DNA of 61,713 bases, counting the filler, from Choristocarpus tenellus KU-1152 (taxonomy: Eukaryota > Protista > Phaeophyceae): the NCBI GenBank assembly GCA_964200185.2. It is 10 parts of 10 records of this genome, joined end to end, with 100 filler letters (N's around TTAATTAATTAA, not from the genome) between each part and the next. Parts side by side here need not be neighbours in the genome. Positions count along the whole stretch, not along the records: positions 49,659 to 53,899 come from CAXNAD020015522.1; positions 54,000 to 61,713 come from CAXNAD020005699.1; 8 more parts are not named here. The stretch is one strand, 5' to 3'. The position numbers were made by a program, and so were the translations under genes. The notes under the pieces are model-generated. The model made no database searches and had not been told where the DNA came from. It saw only the letters and a program-made list of their open reading frames with translations. Of this stretch, positions 49,734 through 61,713 are shown piece after piece; positions within the stretch are counted from its first letter, which is position 1, and each line of letters starts with the position of its first letter.

Positions 49734-52700
49734 ACTCAAATTCATATTTACAAAATTCTTCCAGTTGAGGCGTGACAACGTATCTGGGATGTAATGTAGT
49801 CTGCCGGGCTTATGAAGGACGGTAAAATCAAAACTTTCCAAAGCTAAGGCCCATCTTGTTAACGGATTGGACGTATCTTGCATAATATGCAGACACCGTA
49901 AGGCTGAATGGTCACTAATAACTGTGAAATGTTTGCCCCAAATATATGGTCTCCAATGTTGAATTGCCAGAATAACTGCAAGGCACTCTTTTTGTGTGGC
50001 ATAATATTTCCCTTGGGAGGGGGAAAGTAAGGTACTATGGTATGCAATTATATCAAAATTATCGTCATCGTTTTTATGTGCCAAAAACGCCCCTGTCCCA
50101 ACATTATTGGCATCTACATGAATAAAAAAATCCTCAGAAAAATCAGGAAAGTGTAGCACTGGAGCCCTAGATGAAAGTCGATTGCATTCTTCAAAAGCAG
50201 TTTGCTGTGGTCGATTCCATCTAGATGAGATATCCTTGTTGTCTTTCTTTGATCGCTTTACTGAGGTGTCGTCTTTTTTTAAATTTTCTTTCTGCGTATG
50301 GCGAATTAATTCAATTAACGGTTCTGTTGCTGTTGCTAGGTGAGGAATATATTTTTTAACAAAGTTCACAGAACCTAAAAGAAAATCGTAAGCCTTTCAC
50401 GGTTTGAGGAGGATGCATATCTAATATAGCTTCAGTACGAGCTTGGGATACAGCAATTCCTTGTGGGCTAAGATCATGTACCAAATAATGGATTCGTTTT
50501 GAGCCAAATTGAGCCTTGGATGGCTTTAACGTAACACCTACATCTTGTAATATTGACAAAACTGTAGTGATCAATTGTTGATTGTGTGTCCATGGTGAAG
50601 AGGCCAAAACAATATAATCTAAATATACCAGCAACCCTGAGCTAGGATTGATACTGGAAAATGTTTTAGACATAAAGCGTTGGAAGATCCACAGTGCATT
50701 TTGTACTCCAAATGATATCCTCTGAAACTCATTTCCCATCCGGCGTGAGGAAGGTGGTTTCGCATTCGTCAGTGATCGGTAGTGGCCAGTAGGCTGATTG
50801 AATATCTAAAAAAGATAAATAGTTTGAACCCCCCAACGTAGATAAACACTCATCCATGGATGGTAAAGGCCATGAATTACGTATCAAAAGTATAATTATG
50901 GTTCCTCTAAAATCCACACAGAATCGAGGTGATCCATCAGGTTTTGCAAAAATGGTAACAGGGGGTGCCCATGGGCTAGATGAGGTTTTTATAATACCCT
51001 GATTCTCCATATCAGTTACACATCGCCGAATAGTCTCGCACATTTTGGTGCCGCGCGATACGGTGGTCTACTAACCGGTTTAGTGCCTGGTTGTAGCGGA
51101 AACTCAACATAAGTAGTGGTGCAACAACCTAATTCTTTTTCAGATAATGAAAAGAAAATGGTCTGAATTTAGCCACTATATCTAGTAATTCCTCTTGTTC
51201 AGAAAGTGTCATTTGAATACTTGTAAAAGTCTTCTTAGAAAAAACCGATTTCAATTCATCCGTAGCATGTTTCAGATCTTCGGGAGTAGAGGGTGTGGCT
51301 GCAGCTGCACTTACAGTGGTATCTGACAGGGCGTATGTTTTTGAAACAGGGGAAATATGACCAACTACAAATTTTGCTGTAACTTGACCCCTTTTTGTGA
51401 AAGATTGGCAATTTTGACTAGACATCCTCCATCTTCTTCCCAAACAAAGAGGGTTCGACTGACCATTATGTGTTGCCAGTGAGAATGTATGCCATCCTCT
51501 TGCTGGAGGTCTGTGCCAGTAAAAATGATAAGTTCCACCGCTGCATCGGTAGCTGCTCCTCATAGTGCCTGAGAACAAACTGGAACAAGCGTTTCCGTGC
51601 CAGGGGGAATATATATTTTTATTACTGTATGTACTAGTGTAATAAATTCAGATGTGATCACTGAAATTCATAAATGAGGTGGTGCATTTTCAGTCTGGCA
51701 AAATCTCTTGGGGGGGAACAGATGGGAAGAGGTACAATTTTTTGTTTTGCTGTAATGCATCTATCACTGTCTTTAAACGACATTTCCGCTCTATCCCAAT
51801 CTAGCACTGCGCCAAATGCCGACATAATGCTGTTATCCAACAAAATTTTATCTACTCCCAGATTAGGTATGACCACTGCTTGGACTGGCATTGATATGTC
51901 ACCAAGTTGTAGTGTAAATTGGATGAAACCAGTTACAGAAAGAGGTCTACCACCTGCTCCATTTTAATTCGGAGCGCCTGCTGGAATCTCCCGAATGGGT
52001 GCCTTGCAAAGTATTGGGTGGGCTTTAATGTATCTGAGTGATACTACTGGAATGTCAGTGGCAGTATCAACAGAAAAATTCATTAAATATATATATATCA
52101 ACATACCCAGGAATTCTTACGCAGCGAGATGAAACATTTAGCACGCAAGGGAGTAAGAATAATGTTGGATTACTCATGTGTGCCAACAGTATGAACAGTG
52201 GAACAACAAAATTGAGGTGTAAAAGAAATGTCAGCCACGCCCAAAAGAGGTTGTGAGGAAACAGAAAGAGCAGATGCAACAGTTGTTGCATGTCCTGCTT
52301 GTGGCAACTTTTGGTTTGCTGACCTCAAATGTTTAAGGTGTTGGGTCTTACATGCTGTCTTTACCACATCTGAGTCTACCCTAAACAACAAGTCCTTAGT
52401 TTTCCTTTGACTTATCCTATCCCTATAGATTCCGGGGAAACAAAATCAGCACGGCATCTCTATATTATCTCATTTCTCACTCTCTATCCTTCTGTGGTTC
52501 TATGTTACCCTGCAGGGGTTCATGGGAGGAATAATAGAGATTTCTGATAGGGAGCACGTGTTTTGATCACCAATAAAAGCCGACAGATATAACGTTTTTG
52601 TGGTTGTTGTAGATACACATGAAGAGAAGGTCTAACCCATTTTTGAAATTTGGCAACAGGGGAATAGGACAAAACCTGTGCTCCAGAACTCATGGGGTAA

Positions 52701-53259
52701 GTCTTGTGAGAAGATGTATCATGATCAAGGGATCAAGTACCTAGCCCCAGTGAATATGGTCGAGGTAGGGTGGAAAAATATACTCATCTTCATATTTAAA
52801 GTTTGCATGGCCGCTGCCACCAAACTTTGGTCATGCGGAGTCCCCTCCATCGCCTCATCAATAATCTTCTTGGCGTAGACGAGTTGGCAATTTATGTACG
52901 TCTGGATATCGAACGTCGCCACCGCACTGTCTTCGCCTTTTTCTTCGTGGTCTTCTGTCAACACGCTGAACCGGTTCAGGCCCGAATTACGGCCAGGACC
53001 TTCCCTCAGCCTCTGCTCCACCTTCCTGCTCTAGCGAGCCACCAGGGGTGCCTTTGTCTACCGATGTAGACGCGGGAATCGGTTGAGGTTGGGCATTAAT
53101 GTTACCCCCCTCATTACCTCCATCCGTTGTCGTGCTTAAGCTTGCCTTCCTCCCTTTCCTTGTAGCCGACTTCTCCTTGCTATTGGCATTAGATGTGGCA
53201 GTAGGTGTGGGAGTAGTAATGTCAGACATAATGTGGCGTGAGTTAGCCCCCTGGAACAC
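49734..53259 (-). mobile_element. Degenerate Ty3/Gypsy LTR retrotransposon (gag-like, protease, RT, RNase H; integrase lost at contig end)
   Basis: Protease FSVDTATDIPVV. RT SSSPWAPPV...RFCVDFR, LDIQSAYW, FGVQNA, LVYLDYIV (YLDD mutated), LKPSKAQF. RNase H HVDANNVGTGAFL, ATQKECLAV, VISDHSAL, RWALAL, HKPG..H..PDTLSR. There are multiple frameshifts. Confidence 0.93.
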
Positions 53260-53619
53260 TATGCGTGATTAACAATGTGGAAGTGTCGAAGATGCCAAGT
53301 TATCTGCTCTAGGGGGCAATCATAGTCACCGGAGTGAACGCTTCCACCTCAGAGGGTGAAACCGAGTTTCAAAGGTTTTGGCCCAACATCTCAAAGTCAG
53401 CTGAGGGAATCTAGAACAGAACAAAAATTTCAAACACAACAGATATCCCAGAATGACTGAGCAATGTCACAGCAGAGAAATGGATCAGTCAGAATTGGAA
53501 TGGATCTTCGTTCTGACAGTTCATTTTGACTGTTTGTTCAAATCCGGATCTTATGGGTGTGATCGGTTTATTGGACTGGTCGGTATGGGTGAGTTCATAT
53601 ATATATGAGTTCATATATA

Positions 53620-53828
53620 GTACCTTCGCCCTCTGGGGTTGTCCCGTCATAACTCTTGATATAGACATAATCGGATTTAGAAACTGATATCATATTTGTG
53701 ATGCCCGTCACAAGGCCCTCGAGAATACGGGCTTCGTGTTTTTTTTCGCCATTTTTTTTCATTTTTGAAGAAAGAGCGCTCATATTGGGGCTCGAACCCT
53801 GGATTGTAGGTCACAAAGAGTGGCAACA
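53620..53828 (-). mobile_element. Putative tRNA-derived SINE, copy 2
   Basis: Homolog of 10950-11160 with GGGTTCGAGCCCC. The 3' end abuts a duplicated TATATGAACTCA short repeat. Confidence 0.55.
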
Positions 53829-54746
53829 GATGTGCTATTACTTGATTAAAGTATAGAGTTTAAGCAGGGGAAAAGCCTCCCCACCCTTTCTTCCGGTGTN
53901 NNNNNNNNNNNNNNNNNNNNNNNNNNNNNNNNNNNNNNNNNNNTTAATTAATTAANNNNNNNNNNNNNNNNNNNNNNNNNNNNNNNNNNNNNNNNNNNNG
54001 TCTAGCCCCCACGGCCACCACATATCTAGCCCCAGCCCTAACCTCGTCCCCTTGCGAAGCTGATGTCCCATCATACATCTCACCCCCCCCTCAGGTCATT
54101 GACGGTTCTTCCATTCCGTCATCAATTGAGTTTAGACTTGTATCGAATCTTGATCTGGGCGTCATTGTTTATCTTCACTCCTTCCCGGTGATAGCTAAAA
54201 TCTAAGTATAATAACTACGCAAGCACGCTTATAAGAATGCTATAGCATGTTAAGCTGTCCTTGACGATCTGTTTTCCCTCACAACCAGTTATATTATTGT
54301 TTATTAACTTGTATCACAGTTGAGAAGAGAGTGAGATACCATCACCAGTTGGGGCTTACCAATCCCTACAGTAAATGACTCAGAATACCAAATGACTCAA
54401 CAGTTCTCTAGTACACGTCAGAAACACTCCGACTCCAACATCCCGTCGACTACTTCTGGTCAATTACCCCGCCTAAATATCCCACCTAAATATCCCGAAG
54501 GTCCCGCATCATCGTCTGTGCGTACATAAATATATTACTTCAAATTATATTCTCACAAATGGTCACGCATAATCTTGAAATGTAGTGTCCCCAACCATAG
54601 TTCAGGGTAATCTTCGGGTTGACATGAAAAACGTTGTACCAACTGAGAACCAACATACTGATCAATCAAAAACTAAATCTGATCGTTTTTGGAAGACCCA
54701 TGGACATACATGTCATGTACCTTTGGGTGGGTATGGAACATGTAGT

Positions 54747-54921
54747 GGCAACAAGTATATGGGGGGGTGGCGGCTGTCCATTTGGGGTCCATGTTTTCAT
54801 GTTGCTAATTTTGTATGATTTGGTTGCAAAAGTCGGATGGATAATGTAAGAGCACTTTTCCTGGTTACGGGCGAAATGGACACCCTGGTGTAGACCCCCT
54901 ACCCCACAGATACTTTGGGTC
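54747..54921. mobile_element. MITE family B, full copy
   Basis: GGCAACAAGTATATGGGGGGGTGG...CAGATACTTTGGGTC, flanked by AGT/AGT. Confidence 0.85.
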
Positions 54922-56642
54922 AGTCAGGGGTATTGTAAATCCTCTGAACCTTTTGGCAAGTAAGTCACAACAGGGACATGACATGTGCATCACCTGTTTT
55001 GCGTGATTTCTGTTCGTTTATGTACTTCATAGTATCATTGGATTACACCACAGTACACATGACGTAAACACTAATACATAAGCGAGCTGGGGAAGGAAGG
55101 GTCACGAACAAGGCGTGCCAGCAGTACTTGTGAGAGCCAGTGCACATGAGCTGAACACACTTGATATGTAGATGCATACGACATGCATACCAAGCTGGGT
55201 CTTACAGCAGGTACATCTCATGCTATTGTTGCATATAATTATTACCAAATCCACGGTTACCTAGACCGATGAGTAAATAATAGTGGGGTAGTAAAGGGGG
55301 TGGATGGGGCCCTCCTGGTTTGTAAGGAAAGATGCTCCTTCAAATCAAAACAGTACGTGTTCAATCTTTCTCTGTAATTGATAAGTCCATCAAGGAACAC
55401 CTTGACATAGGCCTTGAGTGAGGTAAAAAAGGGCCATTATCTTTCATGAGGAAAAATGTTACAATATTTCTAGAGATTTCCACAAAAAACATGTAGTACT
55501 ATCTACTACTCTGGAGTACTTTTGAACATTATCTTGCGTAAGCTGAGGCCGTTCACTGCTTCACAGTGCCAACAAAAACGGTTTCACTGAGGACATTGTG
55601 GTAGTAGGTATTTTCCAGAATACTTGTACAGGAGGAGGTGCGACTGAATCTTCCACAGCAATTGTGAAACGACAACTTGACTGTTCCAAGTTCAGAAGAA
55701 TGAAGAAGTCATAAACAACATCGAACCACTGATTTATCGGTGTTCTGGATGCATATCGGTCCATTTTTTTTAATAGAGAAATTATTATACCATCCAGTTC
55801 GATAGATGCATGTTCCCTAGCTAGCGCATTATCTTCTTAGCACCAGCCTTCGCTTGAGTTTAGGGACTATCCTAATCTATGGTCAGAGATACCACAGACT
55901 GCACTACCTCTCACACCCACAGAGAGAGAGGGAGAGAGCGAGAAAGAGAGAGAGAAAGATAGTCACCTAAAATGAAGTACCTTGAAGCATATGAAGAAGC
56001 TCTTTCCCCCTAGGAGGTATACCCTTTCATCTGCTTGTATTTAGCTCATACCCCACCCACACCAAAAAAAACGACCGCCTGTTACATAGTCAACAAGGGT
56101 CAGAACCACTAGAATGACAAGTGAACGTGAACCAGGCAGGCAACATTTGTCGTGTTACACATTGGACAATGTAACTTGGAGCATTACTATATAATACATG
56201 TTAACTCGTTACACCATAACATATGATGATGCTACTTATCTATGCCACCGGATGTACATTATCATTGATAAATCGATACCCCCAGCAAAACACCAAGGTG
56301 CCATCGCTGTCACCAAAGCACCTTCCTGTCAGTAGCAGGGGAGTATGCCGACATCACCAATCAGAACGGACCAATAAAAACTGAACAGCAAGAGCACCTG
56401 AGCATACCTAATTCGAAGAGTTTGGTACACCAGTCACAGGAAACGAAACAAAACGCCATCCCATTCCACCTTTGGCCACAATACACTGGTACAAACCAAT
56501 GCTATACACACAACTAGCCTTCAGGGAACAATGAGAGCAAAATCAACACAAAAAAATGAACAGTTCGGAGTTCACCAACTAGCCCTAACCCTTTCACACA
56601 ATATCGAGTATAATAACCAAAACAGTGGTCCCTCCTCTCTCC

Positions 56643-59600
56643 TTACGGAGCCCTGGCCTGGCAGAAGCTGACAGTGTCCCTTGGAGGGAGCACTAGAACT
56701 TGACAGGTCTCCTGCGGGCAGACCATGAAAGTCTGGCAGCAGTCCGGAAGAGCAAAAATAAATAAATGGGAGAGGATGTATTGGAGTTGCATAATTGGGT
56801 GGCAGGCTTTCCTTACACAAAACTACAACAAACGTAGCAGTTGGTGTTTGTATTAGGACTCACATTAGTTCGGTCATTGTAGCCCTTCCTAGAGGACTTC
56901 CGATCAGTCCCAGAGAGAGAGTCGACGGCCACTTCAAGATGAGGCAAGGCTAGCAGACCAGACCGGATGGGTACAAGATGAACACAACACACAGCCTGCT
57001 TGCCATACTGGAGAAGAATTCACACAAATGGAGTGAGTAAGGTGGGGGTGGGTACGTATCCACTGCCAACGTTGCACTGGGGGGTGGTTGGTGATTAGGG
57101 GCACAGCAGAGGACTGAACGTCTTTATATTTTTTATTATAATTTGCCTTCCATATGTTTCAACAAGCACATAATGAAATTACCTAACCCTAGTTTATATA
57201 TATATATATATATTGTGTACTGAACCCACCATTGCTCATATTAATCAATCGCGTTACATCATAACTGAGTCTAGAGTCAAAGTATCTGAAGGGGTAGAGC
57301 CGTGTCCGTTTGGGGGCCAAAATCCAGTGTTGCCATTTTGATGTAATTTCGATTATCATGTTTGTTAGGAAGTGTCAATATCCTTGTTCTGGACACACCT
57401 TTTCATAACTTACACATATTACCTACTCTGAAATATTTCGGAGTAGTTAAAATATCATAAAAAAAAACGTGGGAAGCCAAGCCCCAAATGGACAAACAGG
57501 GCAAAACTTGTACCCTCTAAGATAATTTCACTCTCTATGGGACCTTTGTGTAAAGCAAAGAGAGTAGAGGCATTGCAGCAGCACTCAAGGAGAAATAAGA
57601 AAGAAATCACAGGTGTAAAGGGACTAATAGACACTTTAATATAAATGATCAATAATTCCGAGAAATAGGGTTATAGGGAGAGTAGCACCATTAAAGAGAA
57701 CAAAACAACACTCACACGAACAATAATAATAATTTTAAAATTAATAAAATAATAATATTACAGCTAACTCTTGCTGAAAAGAATAGGATGAGGCGGAGAA
57801 GCCCAGCAAAATACAAAATAATGTGGTATAAGAAACAAAAGTACTGTATCAATCCAGTACACATTCAATCAGATACACTCTTTTTTCATGGTACATGCAG
57901 AGGGAACTGGCTTAGTGTAGAGCAGGAGCTTCAACAATCATTCCTTCTCGCTAAAATAAAAAAATTAAGAGAGAGAGAGAGAGTGAGAGAGATAAGACAT
58001 AACTTTGCCCTATCTCTCTCCAATACACGCACATTATTACTGAAAACCTCTAAAAAGTGGTGCGGTCTACAAAGAAAAAAACAGAGGAAAAAATTATTAA
58101 AAAATAAATAACAGCATTTTTTAATCTTCAGTGTCTCCATCTCGTGTTTGCTCTTCTCCTGCACCACTACCGTTTTAAGGTTCCTACTAAAATAATGCCA
58201 AATGTTCTTATTATTACCATCATTATAAAGTGTGTGTGTATAATACGCTGCATAATCGTTTTTAAGTTGTCTGCACAAAAAAATAAAAAAAGAGCAGCAA
58301 AACTTACCCCGACTCCGTAAACCCCATCCTACCACTTCAAACTACACAAAAGAGACCCACCCACCTACCCACCCCCCACATGCCAACTCTCTTACCAACA
58401 ACTAACAAAATACATACATACATACATCAACTCAACAAACGACCTCACCCAAACCAGCACAAACAACCCAAGACCTACACTTGCCCACAACCCTGCAAGA
58501 TACCCCACCCCTTCTTCTACTGCCTTCACAACATCTCAAACTCCCTTTTTCTACTGCCCACCCACCTTGAGATCAGCCATCCCTCTCACTAGGCCACCAA
58601 CCATCCAGTCTGAGGGGCAAGCCACCACCTGGTACATTGCTTTTGCGATCAGTGGCATCCCTCCCCCCTGTCCCCCATCGTCATCGTCCCCATCCCCTCT
58701 CAGTTCGACTTCGAGACAATATTCAAAGGGGTGTGCTTTAGCCAGGTCCAACTGTCCCAGGGTAGTACCACCTTTGCCCCTCGACTGTGAAATGGTCCCA
58801 GACGGTTCTAACCCTTCGCCATCACACAGTACCGCCTCCACCGACGGTACCACATACATTCGCGGTCCGCTCTTAGGTACCAAGCATGGACCTTGACCTT
58901 CTGCAGGGTGCAGGCCATCAGGGTACGGACACATCACATCAAATGTGTAGGTCGAACCCACTCCCTTCCCTTCACTCCCCGACCCACCGCTGTTGCCACC
59001 CACCTCCGAGTTCAGTTCGTACCTCAGGCGGATCACCCCTAGTCCACCTTGAACGTTTCGGTTTCGGGCCGGGGCGGTCCTGGTCCCACCCTCCTCACGC
59101 TGCATGCAAAGGCTCAATCGGACGCTTTGACCTGGGGAAAGGGTCTCCCCAATCAAGTGGGTGTTCGGGTTCGCAATGAGATCGATCCCTTCCTCCATGG
59201 CTACGAAGTCGCATCCCTGGAGAGTGACGGGCATTGGCACCCTGCTCGACAGTCTAGCCTCTACAAGCAAAATCCCCGGAGGGTGTAGAACTGAAGAGGC
59301 TAGGGCATCAAACGTATGCTTAACGTTCACCACAGCACGAGCCACAGTGCGAATCCCAACACCAACTCTGCCTCTCTCATCACTCTCCTCAGTCACCTTC
59401 ATCTCACCTCCCCCCCCCCCCCCATGACCAGAGCTGCTCTTATCCTCCAACAATCGCTGTGTGTGGAAACCCAAGACCTCGGCGTCGATAACATGCTCCG
59501 AGTTGGTGGAGACTGCACTGGCACCGAACCGCCCGCCCCAAGCCCCCCCTTCCCCACCCCCCGGGAGGTACGTCCTCGTACTGCCACCGCTGCTGTTTCC

Positions 59601-60870
59601 AACCTGTTGCCTCCCTGAGGCATCAGAATTGAGATCAATTCCTCCCTCTATTTCTGCCCTGTAAGGAGTCCCAGGGTCATCCGTGGATATCACCCGAAGA
59701 GAAACCTCCACCAATGACCCGGACGGAAGCACCGCTCCAAGTTCAACCTCCACCCCAGCCTCATGACCTCCTGCCTTAACACCCCTCATTGCAGCCCTGA
59801 CTTCCACCGTCTCTGTGCATCTAACAGCAGACGACCACCCCGCTGTACTCCCATCTCCTCCTCCTCCTCCTGTCACCCCAGCCTCCCCCGCTTCCACCTC
59901 CGCGGCGGGAGAGAACCACGTTACTGTGGCCTTCCCATCAGGCTCCATAGCCAGCCCTGGAGCTGTCGCAAACAACAGCAGGCGTGCCTCTCTCACCGTG
60001 TCCCGCCTCGTGTCCACCCTAACCCTAACCAATCCGCTTTGTCCAACAGGCAAAAACGAAGGCGGAAAGACGTCCACACACGTCGTGGGCAAAAATGGCC
60101 GCACGTTCACCGACGGGGGGGGTACGGGTCTCCCCAGCCACGACGACGGCAATGGCATACCCATAGCCCCGGGGCCACCTCCCCTCTGCCCCCACGACAA
60201 CCAAAACGCTTCCACAAGGCGTACAGCTCCCCAGTGAGCCACCATCCGCGACACAGTGAAACGCCCCGCCAATGGCGGCCGGAGCTCCAGCACAAACTCA
60301 ACACCAACGGATCCCGCGGGCAACTCCAGGGGCCCTTCAAGCGTTGCTGTACAAGAGGGCGATGCACGGGCTGGGGGAGGAGACATCCGCATCGATTTTT
60401 GTCCGCCACCGATGTGCCTTGGGCTGTGGCTTGGACTGCGGCTAAGGGTCCCCTGCAGGCTCCCTCGACGGGGGCTAACTTTCTTGCTCAGATTACTAAG
60501 GCTGCCTGTGGGTACCAGCGCTGGAGGCAGAGAAATACGCCCTAACGCCTTCCTCTCCTCATCCTGACCTCCGCCGTCGCCCCCGGGTCCCCTGCCATCC
60601 TCTTCCCCCTCCACTGCTTCCTGCTGAGGCAAAAATGACGGCGACGGCAGCACCGAGGGAGGCGAAGCATAAACGCCTCCTGGATGGTGTAGGTGTGGCG
60701 AAGTAGGTGCCCTTACACCTCGAATCGCTGCTGCATCTCCACTCACGCTCAAGACAGAATTTTCCTCGGGTCCAAGTGGTGGTGCAGGTGGCGATGCCAA
60801 TGATGAAGGCATTGATGACACTCTAGCTATCCCCCTCCCTGCAGATGCCGCCTCATCCCCAACCTCTCCC

Positions 60871-60903
<33 letters not shown>

Positions 60904-61598
60904 GCCGCCCCTAATGCGATTGACTTTTCTTCAACATCCTCCTCTTTCAAACTAGAGAGCGATTCCACTCTTCCCAGTTGCAAGACTTCAGTGTCAGATG
61001 TTGCAGTTGCTGTTGCTATTGCTGTTGCTGACACTGGACCCTCACTTGCATCCACTGCACCCCCTTCAGCCACAGCTGCTTCGGTTGGCTCCCCTGCCAC
61101 AGCTGTCGCCACAACACCTCCATCCTTGGCCCCATGTTGCGGAGAATCTGACTCCTCTGTCTTCTCTCCTTCCCCAGCTCCCATAGACAGAACCATTGCT
61201 GCTGATGACCCCACCACCCCTGGTACCTGGTCATTCTGCTGACCCTGGACTGCTCCCGACCCTACCCCCGGCCCCCCTCCAGTACTTGGCGACGGCTGCA
61301 GACTCGTGATGTCAAGCGGGGAGGGCGCACCAGACGGCGAAACCTGGTTCGACCCAGGCGTGAGAGTCATTAAGCTGGTCATACGACGCATGTTCTTCCG
61401 CCTTGATATTGGACGCCGTTGAACCCTTGAAAGACCGGTCCCACCACCTGCCCCACCTGCCCCACCGGTACCAGCGCCACCGGGCCCGCCTGGGATCGCC
61501 ACGGAGCTCATTTCGACCTCCAGCCGGTCCAGCTTGATCGCCTCCGGCAAGTGACTCGTGAGCCTACACGCCACCCTCAACACCTCTCCAACTCGCAT
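56643..61598 (-). CDS. TRAPPC10: TRAPP II complex subunit TRAPPC10/Trs130-like, 3' portion
   Basis: A large exon from at least 61598 to 58566 (LTSHLPEAIKLDRLEV; GRFTVSRM; YQVVACPSDWMVGGLVRG) splices in phase to 57007-56864 (HLVPIRSGLLALPHL) and 56732-56643 (CQVLVLP..stop). This matches the TRAPPC10 C-terminal pattern as I recall it. Confidence 0.78.
57274..57533. mobile_element. MITE family A in TRAPPC10 intron
   Basis: GAGTCAAAGTATCTGAAGGGGTAGAG...CCCTCTAAGATAATTTCACTC, flanked by TCTA/TCTA. Confidence 0.9.
60872..60909 (-). repeat. (GCA/GCG)n coding trinucleotide repeat, poly-Ala tract
   Basis: CTG/CCG run encoding the poly-Ala tract in the TRAPPC10-like ORF. Confidence 0.9.
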
Positions 61599-61638
61599 GG
61601 CGGGAAGGGTATCTGAAAGGCCTCGCCGGGTCTTCCCC

Positions 61639-61677
<39 letters not shown>

Positions 61678-61713
61678 CCCCCCCCCCCCCCCCGCTCGAC
61701 GACTTGCTGCGTA

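Noticed and set aside
45484-53899. FNIP gene as cargo of the adjacent Gypsy element or part of an endogenous virus
   Set aside because: They are separated by an artificial linker, and no viral core genes are visible.
59763-60567. Long plus-strand ORFs opposite TRAPPC10 (similarly 22833-23426 and 48949-49419 opposite other genes)
   Set aside because: Antisense shadows of GC-rich or repetitive coding sequence.
61640-61693. ~50-nt poly-C run as a G-quadruplex element
   Set aside because: It lies near the window end within an apparent coding exon; the homopolymer length is probably a sequencing artefact.

Overview
This is eukaryotic, intron-rich, repeat-rich DNA and not one contiguous locus. 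Nine artificial 100-bp linkers (44 N + TTAATTAATTAA + 44 N) join ten assembly pieces, so adjacency across a linker carries no biological meaning. Gene content (LRRC56, FNIP-repeat gene), GT-AG intron style and (TTAGGG)n repeats suggest a flagellated stramenopile, most likely a brown alga (inference). I could reconstruct three spliced genes on the minus strand: an LRRC56/ODA8-like LRR protein (4 exons), a SulP/SLC26 anion transporter with STAS domain (13 exons, 3' end cut off) and the 3' part of TRAPPC10/Trs130 (3 exons). There are two likely pseudogenes: a Raf/CTR1-like TKL kinase and an FNIP-repeat gene with a nested 22/66/132-aa repeat structure. Decayed autonomous elements include a Ty3/Gypsy (PR-RT-RH), a plant-type mariner transposase with one TIR, and a CRE-like LINE RT. 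Several non-autonomous families are present: three TIR MITE families (two clearly related), a tRNA-like SINE candidate and a fold-back element. I see no convincing novel multi-gene system. The most unusual signals are the MITE group (mixed 3-bp and 3+1/4-bp target duplications, nesting, one copy whose hairpin is replaced by inverted telomeric repeats) and the hierarchical FNIP array.
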